A DNA stretch of 64,000 nucleotides from IMG/VR virus record IMGVR_UViG_3300027771_000009, positions 1 to 64,000 of that record; one strand, 5' to 3'. Made by a program: the position numbers and the translations under genes. The stretch is from a virus. The notes under the pieces are model-generated. The model had not been told where the DNA came from. It did not search any database and saw only the letters and a program-made list of their open reading frames with translations. Below, piece after piece: positions 37,401 to 46,471 of the stretch (positions within the stretch are counted from its first letter, which is position 1; the number at the start of each line of letters is the position of its first letter).

Positions 37401-40400
37401 AATTGGATACGATTTAACTGGTGGACAAGCTGAATACGCAACGAACTCAATGCTTACCATAAACGATAGTGGAAACGCATTTTTCAAAGGGTATGTATCA
37501 GCTACGAGTTTTAGACCAACTAACATAGTAACAAATAGAATTGTTAAATTTGATGGAACTGATTTAGATGATTCTATAATGAGTGATGATGGTTCTACTG
37601 TAACTCTTAGTGGTAATTTAAGTGTAACTGGTAACATTGTTGGTGACCTAAGTGGTGTTGCTAATGATGCAAATAGATTAAAAGCCGAAGATAATAGAAC
37701 TATCTCACCATCGGAATTAGGTGTAGGTAGATTAAAATTTGGATTCACATCATACAATAATAATAATTCAGGTCCTTGGGCTGATTTCTTACATCTACGT
37801 TCGTACACCGATTCATCTGGTGGCTCGGATAACTTAGTGATGTTTAATAAGAGTGGTATTGGAATGAGAATCTGGCAACAAAGCTTCGGTTCTGCAACCG
37901 CATACTCATCTTATGTAGATGTGTTAGATACTGGTGCTGGTAACCAAACAAAGAGTGGATATATACAATCCAATTCTTCGTTAAGAGCACCGATATTCTA
38001 CGATTCAAACAATACTGGGTATTATGTAAATCCAGGAGCTACTGATTATTCAGCTGTATTTAGACAGCACGTTACAATAGGGGATAGTTCACAATATAAA
38101 CCTAACTCAGGTAATTGGGGAGCAAGATTGAACGTAGTAGATAATGTCCATGCTAAAATAACAGTTGGGCAAGATGCTAACGATATGTTGAGTGTATGGT
38201 ATGCTCATACAGGACAATCATCTGCTAAATTTGGAATGGAATCAAACCATAACTTAGAATTTATTACAAATAATAGTACTAAGTTAACAATTGATACTAA
38301 CGGTAACACCCAAGCAACAACCTCGTTAAGAGCACCGATTTTCTATGATTCAAATGATACTGGAAGATATGTAAATCCAAATGGTACATCACAACTGGGT
38401 ACTATCAATATGAACAATGGTAATTTAACCGGAGTTAATCATATTACTATTAATGACCCTGGCCCAACTGAAGGTATTTCTTGGGCTGGTGGCAATCTTT
38501 GGAGAATTGTAGAATCACCTGATAATATATCAACTAATAGCGGTGGTAATTTACAAATAATTCAAAACTCTACCCGTAGAGCAACATTTAGAACTGATGG
38601 AAGTTTAAATTTACCATCTGGTGTGTTATTATCAAATGTAACAACAAATTGGCAACAATCTGCTAATAAAACAAACTTATTAAGAGGAGGTTCTTTTAGT
38701 AATACATTAAGCAACGATACATCAACCATAAAAATATTCCCAGCAACTGCTGGTAGAGGAATTGGAAACTATTGGGGTGGTATGTACTTCATGCACTTAG
38801 ACCCTCAGAATTCTGGATGGGGCTCATCTTATACTGGTGGGCAAATGTGGATTGGTGGTAGAGTAATTGACCAACCTGGTCAAGAACGAAGTGCATTAGT
38901 ATTCGCTACAAATAATTCAACAAGTGCAGGTTCACATCCATCTGAGAGAATGACTATTTTACCTGATGGTAATGTGTTAATCGGACAAACTTCGGTATCA
39001 TATACAAATTCAGATAATACTCCGTTAGTGGGTGCTAAAACAAATAGTAAGTTACACATCAACGGTGGGATACAATTAACTAACGACAACGATGCTATCG
39101 TATTTGGTAGAGGTACTTCTACCTTTATGAAAGATGAAGAGCTTGGCTTCGGATGGGGTGGTGGTTTATATATGACCGATACTACTTACCTAAGAATCCG
39201 AAATAATAAAATTGTTTACAATACTAATGAATTTAGAGGTAATTTATTTAGAGATGTTAATAATTCCGCATACTATGTAGACCCAGCATCAACATCAAAC
39301 TTAAATTCAATTACCGCTCAAGCAATAACTGTAAAGGGTAATCAGGTAAGAACTTATAAGCATTCTGGTTCTGATTTTACAAATGGTACATTAGTACAAA
39401 CTGATATACCATCATCATCAACTTCAGGAGCATCATTTGTGTTAGAGGCAACTGGTAAAAGTTATAGTGCGGATACTCCATTCTCATTTATGGCACAGGG
39501 GTATTTGTATAATAACACTATTATAAATTCAAGTGGTGTACACTTTGGTAAACCAGGGTTCACTCAAATGAAGGTATTTAATAATGGTGGAACATTAGCA
39601 TTCTGGTGGCCAAGAGTATCTTATTGGAATTCATTCTCAGTTAACGTTAGAGATGCTGGTGGTAGTGAGTTTAATAGAGTAACCTCTATTGGTAACTCAA
39701 CTGAACCAACTGGTACTAAGAAGGTAACGATAACAATGAAGGTATCGACTGTGTATAACCAAAACATCAATACTGGTGATTTATACGCAACTCGTTATTA
39801 TGATTCAAATAGTACTGGTTATTATTTAGACCCTGCTTCTACATCATACTTAAATGATGTAAGAGCTGATATATTTTACGATAGGAATGATACAAACTAT
39901 TACACAAACCCAGCTTCAACTTCTAGGTTAAATACTGCTAATATAACAACATTAAATACCTATGGTACAACTACTTTAGGTAATGGTAACAATGATACAA
40001 CTAATATCAATGATACTCTTAAATTATGGGCTACCGATAGTGGTGATGCTCACTTCTACTTTGGTGAAAGTTCATCTAGTGGATATGGTGACCATTATTA
40101 TTGGGATAGTAGTTATACAACATATCATTACAGTAGAAATGCTGGAACTGATTCATTAATATCGAAACATGATACTCGTAATACCGATAGGATAACATAT
40201 GGTAGAAATATTTCGTTTGATGATTATGGTAAGGGAATTACAGGTAGATACTCAGCAAGTAGATACCAATTACTATTCTCTATGGGGGATGCATATCAAC
40301 TGCCTGATAGTGGTACAAGTACTGGTAACTTATATGGTGTAGCTTGGTCACATCCAAACGCTGGAGGTGCTGCAAGTAACCTAAATGACCACGGTATGTT

Positions 40401-43400
40401 AATTCTACTGAATGGTACTTTTAAGGCAGCAATATCAAGTAGAGCAGTATTTACAGATGAAGTAAGAGGAACATTATTCAGAGATTATAATAGTAGTGGA
40501 TATTACTTAGACCCTGCATCAACATCAAACTTAAATGTTGTAAATGCAAATACATTTAATGGTACTTTTAATGGTACATTAACTGGTACGGCTCAAAACG
40601 CAAATCATTTAAATACAACGAGAGATACTCCTGAGAACTCATTACAATATTGGCAAGCATCTGGTCTTGGTATTACTGAGGCACCAACAACGGATTGGCA
40701 TAATACTATAAGAATGGGACATGGTTCACCATTATCCTATTATAGTAATACATTGGCAATTCGTATGACTGGTTCTAATGTGGGTGATATCTACACCCAA
40801 ACCATTCAGAGTGGTAATAGACAAGGTTGGAAAAGACATTGGAATGATGGTATAGCTATTAATTCAACATATGATATATCGGCACCAATATTCTATGATA
40901 TAAATAATACTGGATATTATGTAAACGCTGCTTCAACTTCTAGATTTAATAGATTAGACTTCGGTAATAGTTCGTATTACATTCACTCTGGTGATTGGGG
41001 TATGCGAAACACAACACCATCTGGTTGGATTCAATTTGGACCTGCTAATACAAGTCATGCACACATTTATACTGATAGAAGTAACTTCTACTTTAATAAA
41101 CAGATTAATGTATTGGGTGGTTCTCAGATGAATCAAAGTGATGTTAGAGGTAACATATTCTATACTAAGAATAATACTGCATATTATATTGATGGTGACG
41201 GTCAATCTAGATTAAATACGCTTACCTTAGTTGGTAATCGGATTGGATTCGTTAACACATCATTTGATGCTGAAATTAGAGTAAGTGATGATAATCCAAA
41301 CGGAACTGGAGCTGAATTTGTATTCTATGGTGATACTCTTGCTGGACATGCACAACTTACTGCTAAGGTTGGTAACTTTACATCAAATGTAAGAACTCCG
41401 ATAATGTACGATTCAAATGATACTTCGTATTATATAAATGCAGCATCCGATAGTAGACTGAATGGAAAATTACAAGTAGATGGTTCACATGGTGATACAC
41501 AAATAGGTCTTAGATTACCTGCGGCTAGCAACGGAGCTGGTACTGGTGATGTAAATTTACAAATGTGGGTTTCTGAACCAGGTAATACTTGGGATTGGGC
41601 TGGATTTGGATATAACGTTAGTAATAGTATTAATGGTGGTGGTGGTGCACCAAACTTTGGTAGACATAATACTTCACATGGACAGGGGTATATGAGATTC
41701 AGTACTGGTGGTGATATCTATTTCTATAACACAAATACATCAGGTACTCGTTATCAGACGATGTCGTGGAACGCAAATAACACTGTTACTGCTAACAACT
41801 ATTTAACTGGAACAAATTCATTAAGAGCACCAATTTTCTATGATTCAAATGATACTGGACATTACTTAAATCCTGCATCTACTTCTAGACTTAATAGAAT
41901 AGATGTTGATATAATGTATGATAGAGATAATACATCATATTATGTTAGACCTGGTTCAACATCGTTATTTAATGATGCAAGAGCTAACATATTCTATTCT
42001 CGTAGTAATACTGGATACTATTCAGATCCTGAATCGACATCACGTCTAAATCAGGTAACTGCTAACTCAATTGATGCAACTAACATTAACAATACGGATG
42101 TATGGTCTGGTGATATTAATGTTGGGGGTGATGCAAATACATATTATCCTGTAACGTGGTATGGTGGAAATCAAGCTATTGTTTGTGAGATAGAAATTTA
42201 TAGAAATTACAATGAAACCGCACCTTGGGACCCAATCGGAACAGGATCTCATAAAGGTGGATTAACGTTCAGACATACTACCAACTTTGGTGGATGGGGT
42301 GGAGCATCCTATGAAAGCAATATTGAAGATTTTAGAGAATCATATACAACAATGGTAGCTGATGTACAAAGATTCGCTAATAGTAGAGGATGGTGTATAT
42401 GGTTAAGAGGTGGTGGAGCAGTATATCACGTTAGAATTAAAGGTAGAAGTGTTGGACCAACTGTAACCCTTGGAGCTTATGACCCTGGTGGTAATGGTAC
42501 TGGTGTTACATCAAGAACTGATACACCTAAAACTAATTTATATAGTAGATTTCATTTACGTAATCAATACGTATATGCTGATAGATTTTATGATAACAAT
42601 AATACTGGATATTACTTAGACCCTGCATCTACATCGTATTTAAATGATGTAAGGGCTAACATTTACTATGAAAGAGAAAACACCGCATACTACTTTGGTA
42701 GTTCGCAAGGTGATTTCAGAATGAGAAATGGTAGAATGGGTAGTGTTACCATTGAAAATGGTTCAACTCTTACATCGGTTAATGGAAATGGTAGAATTTA
42801 TATGGGTGGTAACTTCCATATTGATGCATATAATGGAAACGATATCTATGTAAACTATTATTCTAATAGAAGATTCAGAGTATTCAATGGTTCATCTAAT
42901 GAATCGTTTAGAGTAGATACTGATAGAATTGTTTACGCATACTCACAACTTCGTACTCCAATTGTTTACGATTATAATGATACTGGATATTATTCAGACC
43001 CTAGAAGTACATCTAGATTCAATGAGATGCGTGCAACGTATAGATTACACATTGGTGATGAATCTAATTTATACAATGGTGTAGTTGGTGAAGCTCGTAG
43101 ACCTGACTTAACTATTAAAGGACAGTATCCTCAGTTAAACTTAATGTCATCTGAGATTAACAATAGTACTCATGGACCTACTCTTAGATTTGTTGCATAT
43201 GATGGTGCAAACGCATCTTCTGGTAACAAAAAACATTGGGTAATTGGTACTGCTGGTACAAACGCAACCGCATTACACTTTGGATACACTCCAAATAACA
43301 ATAATCCTCATTATGGAATTGGACAAGGTTGGAGTAGTGGAAACAATGTTTCTATGTTCTGGTTACAAAACGATAGACATGTTTACGCTCAAAATGATGT

Positions 43401-46365
43401 AAGAGCTGGATTATTCAGAGATAGAAATAATACTGGATATTACGTAGACCCGGCATCTAATTCTGTTTTAAACACAGCAACTTATAATGGTACGATACGA
43501 CTTAATACTCGTCATGGTACGGTAGCAACTAACTATGGTTATGGTAACTATGGTGTATATAGTGCTTCTAGGTATCAATTATTATGGTCAATGGGTACTT
43601 CATACAATTTACCGAATGGTGGTGAAAACACTGGTAACTTATATGGTGTAGCTTGGTCACATCCAAACGCTGGAGGTGCTGCAAGTAACCTAAATGACCA
43701 CGGTATGTTAATTCTACTGAATGGTACTTTTAAGGCAGCAATATCAAGTAGAGCAGTATTTACAAATGAAGTAAGAGGAACATTATTCAGAGATTATAAT
43801 AGTAGTGGATATTACTTAGACCCTGCATCAACATCAAACTTAAATGCAGTAAATGCCAACTCTATGAATGTTGGTGGTTCACCGGTTGTAACTGGTACGT
43901 CTATTCAAAACTACACTCGTAATGTAGATGATGGTAATTTCTTCAATATTACGGATGATATGAACGCTACTGAAGTTGCTCGTCAAGTTTCTGGTGGAGG
44001 TGGAACTTCTAGACTTACTAAAGTGGATGATAACACCGCACCAGCTGCTGGTTGTTTCGAAGTAAACGGACAGTGGTCCCCAACTCATTCGGATTACATC
44101 AAAATTGATGCAAACTCCGAATATGTGTTCGAAGTTTGGATAAAATATGTTGCAGGTACTGATAGTAGTTGTGCATTGTATATGGGTGGTTCCGCATATA
44201 ACGCTTCAAAATCATACTTTGGTAATACAAATAGATATTGGGCAGCATCTTATGTAGAAGTCGATTCTAATACTAGAAACAATGGTTGGTATAAAATAAG
44301 TGGTAAAATTGGTGGTATTGGTGGAACGGCATTTACGGCAGGAACTGAATACATCAGACCGTTATTCTTATTTAACTATGCTGGTAATAGTACACATAGA
44401 ACGAGGTATTGTGGATTAAAACTTTACAAATCGGAAAAGACAGTTAGTAAATTACACTTCCATAGTCAAGGTAGATATGTACACACCGAATCGGATGAAT
44501 TGTATCCATTCTTACGTGGAGAAGGTAATCAATCTCTAGTAATCCAATCTGGTACAGGTTGGGCTAAAATGGGTTCTAGAAACACATCACATTTACATAT
44601 GGAAACGGATAGAAGTTCTTGGTACTTCTATAATCGTATTGAAACTCCATCTGATATTAGAGCAGGTTTATTCTACGATAGAAATAATACTGCTTATGTA
44701 GCAAATCCCGCTTCTACATCGTACTTTAACGATATGAGGGCAAATATCTTCTATGATAGAAACAATGCTTCATATTATGGACATTTCGATTCTACATCTC
44801 GATTTAATAGAGCAGATTTAAACGATACTCGTTCAGATATATTCTACGATAGAAATGACACTGGTTATTATATAAATCCTGCTAGTGTTAACTCTTCTCG
44901 ATTCGAAGGAGTTAATGATAGAACGAGAGCACAATTAGGAAACGCCGCATCACGTCATAGTAGTGCAGCTACATTCATGCGTAGACCAAACTATACATCT
45001 GACCAAAACTATTGGGTAGGTTCAATGGGGTGGGGTACTCAGAATATGAACAACGTATTCAATTGGGGTTCTGGATTTACTGATTCTTGGTCTAATCCAG
45101 GTAATCAACCATCTGGTACATCGCATTGGGTAGGTATACAATCACTACACTATACTAATGGTTCAACTCGTTATGGTTGGCAAATGACTGGTGGTCCAAT
45201 TGATAACCTACGATTCAGAAATCAATGGGGTGGTTCACCAAAAGCTTGGAGAACTATTCCTGTACTTGATATCAATAACGGTAATGGTGGTTCAATGTAT
45301 GCGGGCAGATATTATGATTCAAATAATACTGGATATTACGCAGACCCTGCATCTACATCTGTATTTAATGCATTAACTGTAAACGGAACATTATCAGCAA
45401 ATTTACCTTGGAGTAGAGTTACTTCAAAACCTGATGGTTGGTTAAATGCAGGAACTCTAACCAGAAATGCGGCACCAACTGGAATTAAGCCAAGTGGGTT
45501 CTATGATTCATATCAAGGTTCTGGAAATCCTACTGGTACTTGGATGTCTTACTATAATGTACGACATACCAACAGCGGCAACAACTACGGTCATCAGGCT
45601 GGTATGAGTTTCTATGATGATACCTTTTGGTTTAGAGCGTTTACAAACAATAGTTATAGACAATGGCAATTTGTACTATCATCTAATGGCACTGCACAAA
45701 CAAAATCAGGTGTATTACAATCCAACTCATCTTTAAGAGCACCGATATTCTACGATAAGGATAATACTGGGTATTATACAAAGCAAAGTGGTGTATCGGA
45801 AATGTCAAATATAGCTATTGATAGTTACATCAGACATAGAGGTGATACTAACACATATATGCAGTTCCATGCGGCTGACCAATGGAGAGTTGTAACTGGT
45901 GGTACTGAAAGATTTGAGGTGAATAACTCTCAAATCTATATGACTAGAGAATTGAGATGTACACAAGATGTTATCGCATTTTATTCTGATGAAAGATTAA
46001 AAGAAAAGACTGGTAAGATTGAATCTCCATTAGATAAGATTTCTCAATTGGATGCATTCTATTATGTAAATAATGATTTAGCAAAATCAGTTGGATATGA
46101 AGATGATAAACAACAAATAGGTTTATCAGCTCAGCAAGTTAAAGAAGTAATGCCTGAGGTTGTTCATTCAGCACCATTCGATACTGATTTTGATGAGGAT
46201 GGTAATATGTTCTCTACATCTGGTGAAGATTACTTAACTCTTAAATACGATAGATTAGTTCCATTATTAGTTGAAGGTATTAAAGAACAAACTGAAATTG
46301 TGAAATCTCAACAAAGAGAAATAGATGAATTGAAGGAAATGGTAAAACTTTTACTAAATAAATAA
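34450..46365 (+). CDS. Giant (3971 aa) modular long tail fibre with C-terminal peptidase S74-type intramolecular chaperone
   Basis: C-terminal YSDERLKE...IGLSAQQV..V.PEVV...YDRLVPLLVEGIKEQ plus coiled coil; about 22 RAPIFYD.N.TGYY.DPASTS spacers; Gly-X-X tract. Confidence 0.85.
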   Translation: MKYTGKNPNGLNQISQSLLSLDVNGVEQLNISTDSVIINTELSVEKGISAVSYTGSVFSGSEVVTSTLTADGIVVGTIDGTIISGTEFSGSFSGSFEGDGNSITNIPTSALVGDINRIAEGDSNATITDDKLSINVDTDITGSVLVTNTLSASFVEGDGSRLFNISADSVGDINRLQSGSATAIISPNEGLVTNVGIVTQKYLGVSGSANIAGDLDVEGTATIQNLNVEGIITTTELKATYISSSIIYATGSNKFGDDSSAVQEFTGSVRIKDTIQIPKYSSDPASGRVGEIYYNDTDTNIYRYTGTEWLEAAGTAGSSGTSGTSGTSGTSGSSGTSGTSGSSGTSGEDGTDGSGGTSGTSGTSGTSGTSGSGGTSGSGGTSGTSGTSGTSGSGGTSGTSGSSGTSGTSGSSGEDGTDGSEGTSGTSGTSGTSGTSGSSGTKGTAGSGGTSGSSGFGSSGTSGSGGTAGTGGSGGTSGTSGTSGTSGTSGTSGEDGTGGTSGTSGTSGTSGTNGTAGTGGSGGTSGTSGTSGTSGTSGTSGTSGLDGATGTGGATGTSGTSGTSGTSGTSGTTGTSGTSGTSGTSGTNATAGSGGTAGTSGTSGTSGTSGTSGVDGTSGTSGTSGTSGTSGTNGTAGSGGTNGTAGTGGTSGTNGTAGTGGTNGTAGSGGTSGSGGTNGTAGTGGTSGTNGTAGTAGTGGTNGTAGSGGTSGTSGTSGTSGTSGTSGTTGTSGTSGTSGTSGTNGTAGSGGTNGTAGSGGTSGTNGTAGSGGTSGALALTGTTNNGLLTYDGTGANVESNLTFDGTTLNLTGNLNVTGTQTTVNTEIIQLADNIITLNSNFTTGTPSENAGIEVLRGSSSTKSFYWKESSDRWYSDSNFEVFGDLYTQRINTGQGLTEVYNMNQNVRSTDSPTFDGLTIGDSGNTGTTLNIIATNTAGSGAQTAMINMSGYEGRAIGTMFTDVSYSGREWFAGLRYSGGFANYQIGYDLTGGQAEYATNSMLTINDSGNAFFKGYVSATSFRPTNIVTNRIVKFDGTDLDDSIMSDDGSTVTLSGNLSVTGNIVGDLSGVANDANRLKAEDNRTISPSELGVGRLKFGFTSYNNNNSGPWADFLHLRSYTDSSGGSDNLVMFNKSGIGMRIWQQSFGSATAYSSYVDVLDTGAGNQTKSGYIQSNSSLRAPIFYDSNNTGYYVNPGATDYSAVFRQHVTIGDSSQYKPNSGNWGARLNVVDNVHAKITVGQDANDMLSVWYAHTGQSSAKFGMESNHNLEFITNNSTKLTIDTNGNTQATTSLRAPIFYDSNDTGRYVNPNGTSQLGTINMNNGNLTGVNHITINDPGPTEGISWAGGNLWRIVESPDNISTNSGGNLQIIQNSTRRATFRTDGSLNLPSGVLLSNVTTNWQQSANKTNLLRGGSFSNTLSNDTSTIKIFPATAGRGIGNYWGGMYFMHLDPQNSGWGSSYTGGQMWIGGRVIDQPGQERSALVFATNNSTSAGSHPSERMTILPDGNVLIGQTSVSYTNSDNTPLVGAKTNSKLHINGGIQLTNDNDAIVFGRGTSTFMKDEELGFGWGGGLYMTDTTYLRIRNNKIVYNTNEFRGNLFRDVNNSAYYVDPASTSNLNSITAQAITVKGNQVRTYKHSGSDFTNGTLVQTDIPSSSTSGASFVLEATGKSYSADTPFSFMAQGYLYNNTIINSSGVHFGKPGFTQMKVFNNGGTLAFWWPRVSYWNSFSVNVRDAGGSEFNRVTSIGNSTEPTGTKKVTITMKVSTVYNQNINTGDLYATRYYDSNSTGYYLDPASTSYLNDVRADIFYDRNDTNYYTNPASTSRLNTANITTLNTYGTTTLGNGNNDTTNINDTLKLWATDSGDAHFYFGESSSSGYGDHYYWDSSYTTYHYSRNAGTDSLISKHDTRNTDRITYGRNISFDDYGKGITGRYSASRYQLLFSMGDAYQLPDSGTSTGNLYGVAWSHPNAGGAASNLNDHGMLILLNGTFKAAISSRAVFTDEVRGTLFRDYNSSGYYLDPASTSNLNVVNANTFNGTFNGTLTGTAQNANHLNTTRDTPENSLQYWQASGLGITEAPTTDWHNTIRMGHGSPLSYYSNTLAIRMTGSNVGDIYTQTIQSGNRQGWKRHWNDGIAINSTYDISAPIFYDINNTGYYVNAASTSRFNRLDFGNSSYYIHSGDWGMRNTTPSGWIQFGPANTSHAHIYTDRSNFYFNKQINVLGGSQMNQSDVRGNIFYTKNNTAYYIDGDGQSRLNTLTLVGNRIGFVNTSFDAEIRVSDDNPNGTGAEFVFYGDTLAGHAQLTAKVGNFTSNVRTPIMYDSNDTSYYINAASDSRLNGKLQVDGSHGDTQIGLRLPAASNGAGTGDVNLQMWVSEPGNTWDWAGFGYNVSNSINGGGGAPNFGRHNTSHGQGYMRFSTGGDIYFYNTNTSGTRYQTMSWNANNTVTANNYLTGTNSLRAPIFYDSNDTGHYLNPASTSRLNRIDVDIMYDRDNTSYYVRPGSTSLFNDARANIFYSRSNTGYYSDPESTSRLNQVTANSIDATNINNTDVWSGDINVGGDANTYYPVTWYGGNQAIVCEIEIYRNYNETAPWDPIGTGSHKGGLTFRHTTNFGGWGGASYESNIEDFRESYTTMVADVQRFANSRGWCIWLRGGGAVYHVRIKGRSVGPTVTLGAYDPGGNGTGVTSRTDTPKTNLYSRFHLRNQYVYADRFYDNNNTGYYLDPASTSYLNDVRANIYYERENTAYYFGSSQGDFRMRNGRMGSVTIENGSTLTSVNGNGRIYMGGNFHIDAYNGNDIYVNYYSNRRFRVFNGSSNESFRVDTDRIVYAYSQLRTPIVYDYNDTGYYSDPRSTSRFNEMRATYRLHIGDESNLYNGVVGEARRPDLTIKGQYPQLNLMSSEINNSTHGPTLRFVAYDGANASSGNKKHWVIGTAGTNATALHFGYTPNNNNPHYGIGQGWSSGNNVSMFWLQNDRHVYAQNDVRAGLFRDRNNTGYYVDPASNSVLNTATYNGTIRLNTRHGTVATNYGYGNYGVYSASRYQLLWSMGTSYNLPNGGENTGNLYGVAWSHPNAGGAASNLNDHGMLILLNGTFKAAISSRAVFTNEVRGTLFRDYNSSGYYLDPASTSNLNAVNANSMNVGGSPVVTGTSIQNYTRNVDDGNFFNITDDMNATEVARQVSGGGGTSRLTKVDDNTAPAAGCFEVNGQWSPTHSDYIKIDANSEYVFEVWIKYVAGTDSSCALYMGGSAYNASKSYFGNTNRYWAASYVEVDSNTRNNGWYKISGKIGGIGGTAFTAGTEYIRPLFLFNYAGNSTHRTRYCGLKLYKSEKTVSKLHFHSQGRYVHTESDELYPFLRGEGNQSLVIQSGTGWAKMGSRNTSHLHMETDRSSWYFYNRIETPSDIRAGLFYDRNNTAYVANPASTSYFNDMRANIFYDRNNASYYGHFDSTSRFNRADLNDTRSDIFYDRNDTGYYINPASVNSSRFEGVNDRTRAQLGNAASRHSSAATFMRRPNYTSDQNYWVGSMGWGTQNMNNVFNWGSGFTDSWSNPGNQPSGTSHWVGIQSLHYTNGSTRYGWQMTGGPIDNLRFRNQWGGSPKAWRTIPVLDINNGNGGSMYAGRYYDSNNTGYYADPASTSVFNALTVNGTLSANLPWSRVTSKPDGWLNAGTLTRNAAPTGIKPSGFYDSYQGSGNPTGTWMSYYNVRHTNSGNNYGHQAGMSFYDDTFWFRAFTNNSYRQWQFVLSSNGTAQTKSGVLQSNSSLRAPIFYDKDNTGYYTKQSGVSEMSNIAIDSYIRHRGDTNTYMQFHAADQWRVVTGGTERFEVNNSQIYMTRELRCTQDVIAFYSDERLKEKTGKIESPLDKISQLDAFYYVNNDLAKSVGYEDDKQQIGLSAQQVKEVMPEVVHSAPFDTDFDEDGNMFSTSGEDYLTLKYDRLVPLLVEGIKEQTEIVKSQQREIDELKEMVKLLLNK
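35389..36777 (+). repeat. Gly-X-X tract (GTS/GTA/GSG/GTN), about 460 aa
   Basis: 9-nt periodicity; internal ~95-nt duplication near 36115 and 36583. Confidence 0.9.
40321..40537 (+). repeat. 217-bp direct repeat, copy 1
   Basis: Identical to 43630..43846 except G40456 vs A43765. Confidence 0.9.
43630..43846 (+). repeat. 217-bp direct repeat, copy 2
   Basis: Offset 3309 nt (1103 codons), in frame with copy 1. Confidence 0.9.
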
Positions 46366-46381
46366 AAAAAACACCTATGAC

Positions 46382-46423
46382 TATAACCAATTTACTCTTT
46401 TGAGTTTTTTGGTTATATTTATA
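46382..46423 (+). promoter_or_regulatory. Inverted repeat (tataacca...tggttata) overlapping putative late promoter ATATTTATA (46415-46423)
   Basis: Hairpin with inner actc-tttt-gagt stem followed by Ts; lies between fibre and sheath genes. Confidence 0.5.
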
Positions 46424-46471
46424 GTTGTATTTGGTATAAAATCAAAATAAACTTATTGGAGAAATAAAAAT

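Noticed and set aside
40321-43846. Diversity-generating retroelement template/variable repeat pair
   Set aside because: Only one A/G mismatch, both copies are internal coding sequence, and no reverse transcriptase is in the window.
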